Shown piece by piece: positions 54,508 to 64,000 of a DNA stretch of 64,000 nt. Every line of letters starts with the position of its first letter. Positions within the stretch are counted from its first letter, which is position 1. A model generated the notes under the pieces. That model saw only the letters and a list, made by a program, of their open reading frames with translations, was not told where the DNA came from and searched no databases. The translations under genes and the position numbers were made by a program. The stretch is from Octopus vulgaris (lineage: Eukaryota): assembly GCA_951406725.2 (NCBI GenBank), contig OX597822.1, forward strand, positions 9,362,001 to 9,426,000, in the 5' to 3' direction.

Positions 54508-55268
54508 GAACAAATATGGGATTCAATCTTGAGAAGTACATGGAATAAATAGGGGCTGCAATAAGGGTGGAGCTCTTGCAGAAAACAGCTCTGCTTGGAA
54601 CCGCTCGAATACTCCAGAAGGTGCTCGAGAAATAAGAGTTGTTACCTTAGTTCACTATTAGTGAACAGCTGACACCAAAGTACATCTCCAGCGTTAGAAG
54701 CTGTGCAAAGCAATAATAATAATCACTTGTTATTCATGGATGACCTCAAACTTTATGGTAAAGATGAATCCCAAGCTGGTTCTCTCGTAGATGCGGTGTA
54801 TACTTTCAGTGCTGATATCAGAATGGAGTTCAGACTGCAAAAGTGTGGTGCGTTAATCTTGCAGAGAGGCAAAATCAAATGTATGTACGGGTTAGTGATA
54901 CTGTCGGAGGAGGTTATGAGGCAGAAAGAAGAGACAGGCTATAAGTACTTGGAGATATTAGAAATGGATAAATTGATGGAGAAAGAAATTACAGAAAAAT
55001 TTAAGGTGGAGTACTTGAGCAGACTGAGACTGGCCCTTAAGTCGAAATTAAACGGACGGAATAAAATTGAAGCTACCAACACTTGGGCGGTTTCACTACT
55101 TAGATATGAATCAGGGGTAATTGCATGGACAGTAGACGAGCCAAACAGCTTAGACAGAAAGACAAGAAGTTGCTGACTAGATATGGGATACTCCACCTAA
55201 AAATTGACACAGACAGACTGTATGTACCAAGAAAAGGAAGGGGAAGAGGACTGATTGGATGCGAACAC
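54506..55268 (+). mobile_element. Two R4/Dong-type LINE fragments (3' end 54506-54712; RT 54720-55268) in (AAT)n
   Basis: LLQKTALLGTARILQKVL*; NHLLFMDDLKLYGK, YKYLEILE, SKLNGRNKIEATNTWAVSLLRY, RLYVPRK..GRGL. Confidence 0.9.
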
Positions 55269-55800
55269 TGGTAGAGCGGAAGTGACGCGAGACCGAGGTG
55301 TCATTGCTGAGTGTGATGTCTCGGAGGTGCTTCGCGAATCAATCAGCCAAGAGGCGTCCCGTTTGACTAATGTACAGGGAATGACAGAGACAGCAGGAGA
55401 TGCCGTAAATAGCATTGCTAGAAGTGCAAGTAAAGGAATCAGTGACGTGATAGGGACGGTGATGAGTGCCTGTGAGGATGTTGGTGTTAGAGAGGTAGGG
55501 GCAGGTGCGACAGCTTGGTCGGAAGGAGGAGAAGGAGGCAGAATGGGAGGCAGGGGTAGGGAAGAAACTGTGGACTAGGTCATGCAGGTTATGGGCTCGT
55601 TTGATGGAGGGAAGAGGTAGGTTAGGGAATATGTGCGAGGTGGAGGGGTCGGACTGGAGTCGCCAGAAGGCTTGGAGAATGGTGCATTGGGGGTATGGTG
55701 AAGGGATGGCAGGTGAAGGGAAAGGGGAGACGAGTAAAGGTGGGACGGGCTCGAGAAGAAAGAGCAGAGGCACGGCCCACAGATCGTGCCGACTGAGTCT
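55268..55800 (-). mobile_element. Penelope-like element GIY-YIG fragment
   Basis: CRTCPY...FTCTSSNAIYGISC.LC..LYISQTGRLLAD*FAKH...VSRHF. Confidence 0.9.
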
Positions 55801-55828
55801 CAAAGTCATTAAACACATACATAGACAC

Positions 55829-55859
<31 letters not shown>

Positions 55860-55877
55860 CATACATACATACATACA

Positions 55878-55909
<32 letters not shown>

Positions 55910-55988
55910 GAAACTGATTATATGCGTGTGAAAGTTTCTTTGCCCGTGTTGGAATGCATATATACATGCAAGCATTATGTATTTATGA

Positions 55989-56034
<46 letters not shown>

Positions 56035-56043
56035 TGATAGATG

Positions 56044-56173
<130 letters not shown>

Positions 56174-56289
56174 CAGGTCTATTATATACATATGCTTCCT
56201 GCTGACAACTTTTAGCTCATATGAATCATACGTTATCGTGTTCCGTTGGTTGTGCTTGTTTCTATAGACTGGCTGCTGCTATTCTCATT

Positions 56290-56610
56290 GTTTGTTAAAT
56301 ACAATGTATTTATATGGAATCTTATTAGATGGCGTTGTTTGCTGATGTTTTTAGAAGTAGTTTTAGAGGTATTTCATTTGTCCTTAAGTTCTGAATTCAA
56401 ATTCCGCCGTGATCGAGATCATCATCACCATTCAAATTGTAGAGCCATGCAGGTCAAACTTGCCATATAGGCAAACAGGTGCTTGTCTTACACTCACACA
56501 TCATCTCTCTAGTCAGGTTTCATTTTTTTTTTTTTGGTTGGCTCTTCCATCTGGTGCTTTCTCCGGTATATTTATCCATACTTTAAGACAGCAGACCTTT
56601 GATTATTTCT
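56290..56610 (+). pseudogene. Possible kinase relic
   Basis: IYME/LDG, DRD..SN..QVKLA, ADL*. Confidence 0.3.
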
Positions 56611-57352
56611 CTTTGATTAGGCAAAGTGGATGTTTGTGTGTTCTTTGCAATGCTTGCGTAGAGTTGAAATTATGAGTATATGTGTACATATTAGGGGTAA
56701 AGGACATAGAAAATGTCGAGAAAAGAAAAAAAAAGATACATGGAACCTTTCTTCACATATTTGTTTACTGTTAGAATCATCGTGGTCAACGTCGTCTCCG
56801 CCACCGTCATCATAATCATCTCCAATGGCATGAACGGTACAGAAACCTTAACCAATATCGTTATCCCCATCGGCGTAAATGTCGACACGACCATCATCAT
56901 CATCATCATTATCATCACCGTCGTCTTCATTTCACAGTAATCATTGCTTATTAAAGCCATCAAGAGACTATTCGAAATATAAACTATGAAAAAAAAAATA
57001 ATCTCTTTCTCACTCTTTCTTTCTCTCATTCCCCCTTTCATAGTCTCTCACTTTCCCTCTCTCTCCCTCTCTCTCTCACTCACTCACCCACTCACTTTGT
57101 CCATAACCAAAATATCGCACATTCCATAATTTTATAAATTTGTTTCTTTTTCTTTTTTTTTCTATTTAAAAAAAAACTGAAAATCACTTTTGCTGACACT
57201 AAACCTCACTTTTACCTGGAGTTCAAAAGTTTATCATTGATTACCTATGGAAAATAAACTGAATGATATTATCTGTATGGGTATGGGCGAATATGCGTGT
57301 GCGTGCTTGTATGAAGGAAGGTATGTGTGTGTGTGTGTCTATACATATATAT

Positions 57353-57423
<71 letters not shown>

Positions 57424-57505
57424 TATACATATATCTATGCACACATATATATATATATATGTATATATAAATACATATATATATATACACATAAACGTAC
57501 ACACA

Positions 57506-57575
<70 letters not shown>

Positions 57576-57952
57576 GTATAACGATGTATAGACGCCTGTA
57601 GATAAAAAAACCTCGGAAGTAATCTATAAACCTCTCTCAAATATCTAATCATATATCATTGCAAACATATATCTTCGAGAACATTCTGTCCACAGGAGAA
57701 AAAGATCACCTGACTAGTGTAAATTATAAATATGGATACACGGGTGAGAACACGCGCGCATACAGGCTCGGATACATGCATATGCGTACACACATGTCTA
57801 CATACTTATATACAGACATCCCTAGATTAGTACGTAGATAGTATATATAAATATATATATAATATATATAAGTAACATCTCTCCCTTTCTCTGTGTCCTT
57901 AAATCTATACAAATATATATTTATATATATAGACAGACTCATATAATGATAG

Positions 57953-58050
<98 letters not shown>

Positions 58051-58333
58051 GGATAGATAGATAGAAAGATAGATAGATGATAGATGGACAGACAGATAGA
58101 AATGTATAAATGTATAAATGCATACACACACATATGTATACATATTTAAATGTATATATAAAAACTTCTAATTATATGCATCTATATGTATATATATATA
58201 CACATATATATATATATGCATGTATGTATATATATTTATACATATATATAAGCATATTTATATGTAATTATATATATATATATATATATATGCATATATA
58301 TACACACACATATATACATGCATATATATATAT

Positions 58334-58404
<71 letters not shown>

Positions 58405-58569
58405 TATATTCTTGCATATATATACATACATATACATATATATATATAAATATATTCAAACATAGACATGATTAAATACACTCACAGAAGACACACACAT
58501 AAACACACACACACACACGCGTACACACAGACATAGTTAAAAAAACATAAAGCAGCATCAAGGAAGAGC

Positions 58570-58800
58570 AGAAGTGTGGGGGAAATAGCAGGAAATAAAC
58601 AAAAAGGTAAATTTAATGTATTTAGATGTGGTGGGAAGTCAGCCAAGATACCTAGGATTTATTATAACAATCCAGTTTGGCATCAACAGTAAATAAATAA
58701 ATAAATAATAGGTGTCTAAAACATAGGCTGAAATATAATATCACAATAGTGAAAGTGAAACAAGTTTGGAGTGCGTGACTGTAATTTCAACAGAGAAAAT
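58570..58800 (-). pseudogene. Possible kinase relic
   Basis: LCFRHL, LLM, ILADF. Confidence 0.3.
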
Positions 58801-58847
58801 TAATCTGAAATAGGTGTCTCCTTAAATTTCATGTCTCCATCTGTCGA

Positions 58848-58900
<53 letters not shown>

Positions 58901-59271
58901 ATGTGTGTGTGTGAACGTGTATGTATAGAGAATGATTTTTTAATATTTTTACGTGTATGTATGTGTGTATGTATGTATGTATGTGCTTATATATATTCAC
59001 GTATAAATCTATCTATCAATATATATCTATGTGTCTGTGCACATTTGAGTATGTGCATATCTTATATATGTGTATGTGTTTGTGTATATGATTATGTATG
59101 TGTGTATGTATGTATATGTAAGCAGGAGATAATGGTATTTAATTTTCAGACTTTTATATATTGTACGCGCACGTTCACACAAACACATACTACATACATA
59201 GAAATATACACACAAACACACACACATACACACTACATATACATACATTCATACATAAATACCTACATACA

Positions 59272-59305
<34 letters not shown>

Positions 59306-59387
59306 CATATATATTTGTGTGTGTTCGCGTGTGTGTGTGTGTCTCTACAAATATACATATGCTCACACATTTATGTACGTATATATG

Positions 59388-60479
59388 CCGCCCACGCTGC
59401 CACACTTGCTCTTATCTGTCCTACACCATCCTCCTCACCGGCACCCATCATCGACCCTATCATATTACAGGGACGCCGCTTGGCTGACCGGTTCGCGGAA
59501 CACTTCCGAGACAATGACACCCCAGTCTCGCGCCATTTCCGTTCTACCGGTCACCTTTTGCAACACCTGACTGTGTTCAGATTGACCTTGCACAGGGGTC
59601 ATCCGGACTCCCGTCTTCTCCGTGAACAGGGATTGATCTTCTCTTTTCGCTCCTTTGCGTCATGCGGGCTCAACTCTCCTCCCCTTTTCATCTAACCCTT
59701 CAGCCCTCTCCTCTCTTCCTCTCACACCTACTTCCTCCCACCCACCTCTCCTCTCTTGCTCCGACTCCTACTTCTTCTCTTCCCTCCTACCCTCCTTCTC
59801 CCTTCTCATCACTCCCACCCACCTTCTCTCTTCCTCCCTCCCTTCATCGTCACCCCTCCCTTAACCCCACTCCTAAACAATCCAACCCCACCTTCCCTAT
59901 CCATCCCATCCCATCCCCACTCCATCCCTTGCATCCCTTGCATCCACTCCCACATACCCCACCTCTACCCCCACCCTCAACATAACCCACATTCCACCCT
60001 TGTTTTCCCCACTCTCGCCTCCCCACATCCTAACACCACCACACCACACAACACCACATCACAACACACCACACAACACCACATCACATCACACCACCAC
60101 GCACACACAAGCACTGAACACTTCCAGCACCCACACTATCATCCACACACCTACACATGCACACACGCACATGTCAAGGTTACCAGCCCTCTTCCATACG
60201 CACATACAAGCTCTCTTATACTTACGCACACCTTCGTTCTCGAATAACCACTACTTTATTATCTCCCCTTCTTCCTAGCTCTCCTGTGTGACCCCTCTGT
60301 CCGGCATTCGCCATGACAGATCGCTAGTCACTAAACATTCTTTATTTTCTCTCCCTGTTTCTCTCTGTGTTCCTTTCTGTGGAAGAGCGTAGGCTCGAAA
60401 CGTGAAAGTCTTTTTCACTTCCCTGGTGTACATCTATTGTCTACACCACTTCTATTTGTTGCTTTTGTTTGTGAACTCT

Positions 60480-60483
<4 letters not shown>
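59388..60483 (+). mobile_element. Penelope-like element 3' end (GIY-YIG tail, C-rich 3' region, hammerhead-like motif)
   Basis: GRRLADRFAEH...VSRHF...REQGLIF....GLN; same family as 55268-55800; motif at 60373-60408. Confidence 0.88.
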
Positions 60484-60525
<42 letters not shown>

Positions 60526-60628
60526 TTATATATATATAAATATATATATATATAAATATATATATATATACATACATACGTAAATACATACATGCATGCG
60601 TACATACATACATACATACATACATACA

Positions 60629-60662
<34 letters not shown>

Positions 60663-61229
60663 CATGCATACATGCATACATGTGTGTGTGTGTGTGTTGG
60701 TACATGTGTGTATGTGGAGATGCGTTGTGTTTACACTGTGAATTTTTAGAATTCTGCTAGCAATACAGATGAAGAGGAAACATGTACAGACGTCTTGTGA
60801 ATAGTAATAAACGACTACTCATAAACGACTAAGAAGAAACCCAATTATGAATTTAAACCAATTCAGAGGAGCCAGCTTTTTCATTAAGCTCAAACATAGC
60901 TTTGATTGAAATCTTTAGCTTTATTCAACAGTATAATTAAGTATCTTAGCGAGACTATTACCACGTTAATATATATATACCGTACCGTGCAAAAGTATTC
61001 GACCATTTTAAACTATTGAGGAGGCTGTTCATTGATCGGATCAACTGAAACTCTCACCGTCATAATTGGCTGGGTGCTAATTAAGACATATCGAGTTAAA
61101 AAGAACCCTTTTGGATTGAAAAAATTTGTCCATGGGGTTCGAAACCACATTTTTTTGCAATTATGACAGGTGCTCTACCATCGGAGCAGAGCAATCCTCG
61201 AATTTATCCATTTTAGAGACTTTATTCTC

Positions 61230-61400
61230 ATGACTTCTTTTTTTCTAACCAGGTATTTATTCTATCGTTTCTCTTTTGCCGAACCGCTAAATTATGGGAA
61301 TGTAAGCAAGCCGTCACTGGTTGTCGAATAGTGGTAATGGGTGAAAGCAAAAAGAAACTCACACACGTTGTCAGCATTATTCTTTCACATATACATTCAC
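61230..61400 (-). mobile_element. SINE family A 3' fragment, diverged
   Basis: ttctatcgtttctcttttgccgaaccgctaa. Confidence 0.7.
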
Positions 61401-62142
61401 TCACATAAACACTAAAACATGCGCACGCTGATACTACCACACACACACAAATACATACACACACATACACACACACACACACACTGGCAATTTTTGCACT
61501 CTCTTGCTTTCAAAAACTATTTTTATCTCCACTTCCGATCTATTTAGCCATGTAACCACACACGTACTTTTTTCGAATTATTCTCTTCCTGCTCTCCGGG
61601 CCTTTCCTCTGTTCTCTCTCTGACAAAGAGCCATGCTCGAAACATCTCGATATTTGTTATGTATTTTCTGTAAGTATGAAACTCCATACCTTAATTTGCC
61701 AGTTATTTATGCAAGGACCAAGAAGAAATCTTGCGTAACAGAGTTTATTTTAGCAAGATGCCTCTTGAAATCACCTGAGGAGACACATCTACACTAACGG
61801 ATACACCTAAACCAGATTTTTAACACCCCACCGGTGAGGGATTAATGGCAGATGGATCGAAACAATAGTAGTGATCAATAAACATTCTTTTATCTTCCAT
61901 CTATATGCGTGTGCGTGCGTGTGAGTGTGTGTGTGCGTTTGTACATGTATGTATGTATGTCATTATTCAGTTTATTTCAAGATTTCTTGCCACTAGATTC
62001 AAGGCTCCTTCATTGGAATTTCAACATGAACAACAGGGTATGTATGCATGTATGTACGTACGTACGTATGTATGTATGTATGTATGTATGTATGTATGTA
62101 TGTATGTATGTATGGATGGATGGATGGATGGATGGATGGATG

Positions 62143-62204
<62 letters not shown>

Positions 62205-62231
62205 CGGATAAATAGATAGACGGATAGATAT

Positions 62232-62309
<78 letters not shown>

Positions 62310-62359
62310 GGATAAATAGATAGATAGATAGATAGATATACTGTCAAATATAGAGAGCG

Positions 62360-62553
62360 AATTTCAAATGTCAAGTCCCTTCATCAAATTAAATTACTTC
62401 GCATCAATTCAAGTACAAATATTCAAACCACGAAAGCATATTATACGCTTCCATGATATTTGTATTGGTACTTGAAGTGATACAATAAATGAAGGAATCT
62501 GCCGATGATGCGAAGTGATTTAATTTGATAAAGGAACTTGACCTTTGACATTC
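62360..62553. mobile_element. MITE-like inverted repeat element
   Basis: ~47-bp imperfect arms gaatttcaaatgtcaagt...gcatc / gatgc...acttgacctttgacattc plus inner arms. Confidence 0.65.
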
Positions 62554-62634
62554 ATTCTCCATTCTTGACTATATTCTTATTGCACCTTAAGAGTGCTAAT
62601 GAGTTACGCACGATTAAAGGATATCCTCTGGATA

Positions 62635-63287
<653 letters not shown>

Positions 63288-63840
63288 TATGTTTGACTTT
63301 TGCTTTACATTTGCCCAAGCTGGCTTCAAGTCTCACCCAGAGACCTCAAGAGACAACAAGTTTGTTGGGGTTTGTGTTCCCACCAGTTATTATCATGGGG
63401 CAAATCCAGGTTTTTGCAAATTACCCAGTGAATATATTGTGCAGCTCTGTCATGCCTGTTGAGATACTCTGTAGGCGCAAGAAGACTGCACTTGGAGACA
63501 ACATGATCAATGGTTTCATTTTGTTGTTGACATACACGACATGTTGGGCTACTACCGTTCTTTATGTTGGCCTGGTAATTTCTTGTAGGTAGGCATTGAT
63601 CTTGAGCTGCTACGATAAACCCTTCTGTTTCAGATTTTAAGCCAGAGGCCATTAGCCATTGATGGGACAGGGCTTTGTCAACATCTGCATTATTCACTCT
63701 CTTTGGGTAATTGCCATTGAGAGGTTTTTCTTGCCATTTATCATTCAGAATATCTAAGGCAGCAGTTTTAGCACGGGTTTTCATGCGCTTAGCTTTTTCT
63801 GTGCTTGTTTCTTGTGTGTCTAATTCCGGAATTTGTTGTA
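63288..63840 (-). mobile_element. R4/Dong-type LINE fragment (CCHC region joined to 3' end)
   Basis: LKSETEGFIVAAQDQCLPTRNY..CRVC...ETIDHVVSKC..LA..EYLNRHD; 3' end abuts (TAA)n. Confidence 0.9.
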
Positions 63841-63859
63841 TTTATTATTAGTAATGCCA

Positions 63860-64000
63860 TCAAAGTGACACTGGGGTAAAATATACGAAGCCCAGTATAC
63901 CCATCATGACTACCCGTCTGATAAGGGTACACCAGGCACATGTATCACAACCATATGTGTGCGACATCGTGATCTCATATCAAGATAAACAGCGCATGAC
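63860..64000. mobile_element. Probable interspersed repeat, truncated by window end
   Basis: Non-coding mixed-composition segment joined to the LINE fragment; recognition only, no second copy in window. Confidence 0.35.

Overview
AT-rich eukaryotic DNA that is extremely rich in microsatellites. The SINE, LINE and microsatellite content strongly suggests an octopus (coleoid cephalopod) genome; this is an inference. I see no intact protein-coding gene, and almost all listed ORFs are microsatellite artefacts. The window holds three abundant tRNA-headed SINE families, Penelope-like element (PLE) GIY-YIG fragments, R4/Dong-type and CR1/Jockey-type LINE fragments, two mariner relics, three non-autonomous Helitrons, several MITEs and a 13-bp satellite. 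Two hidden layers stand out. (1) A set of sequence-unrelated type I hammerhead ribozyme motifs in short PLE-like/retrozyme-like units. Their cores show all three Watson-Crick variants of the 3-8 pair (C3-G8, U3-A8, G3-C8), most have palindromic stem III, and several sit in inverted duplications. (2) Most non-repetitive islands appear to be heavily decayed, intronless Ser/Thr kinase (TSSK/CAMK-like) pseudogenes, about 15-20 relics on both strands. Kinase calls come from reading degenerate motifs across frameshifts by eye and need computational confirmation. Boundaries of relics are approximate.
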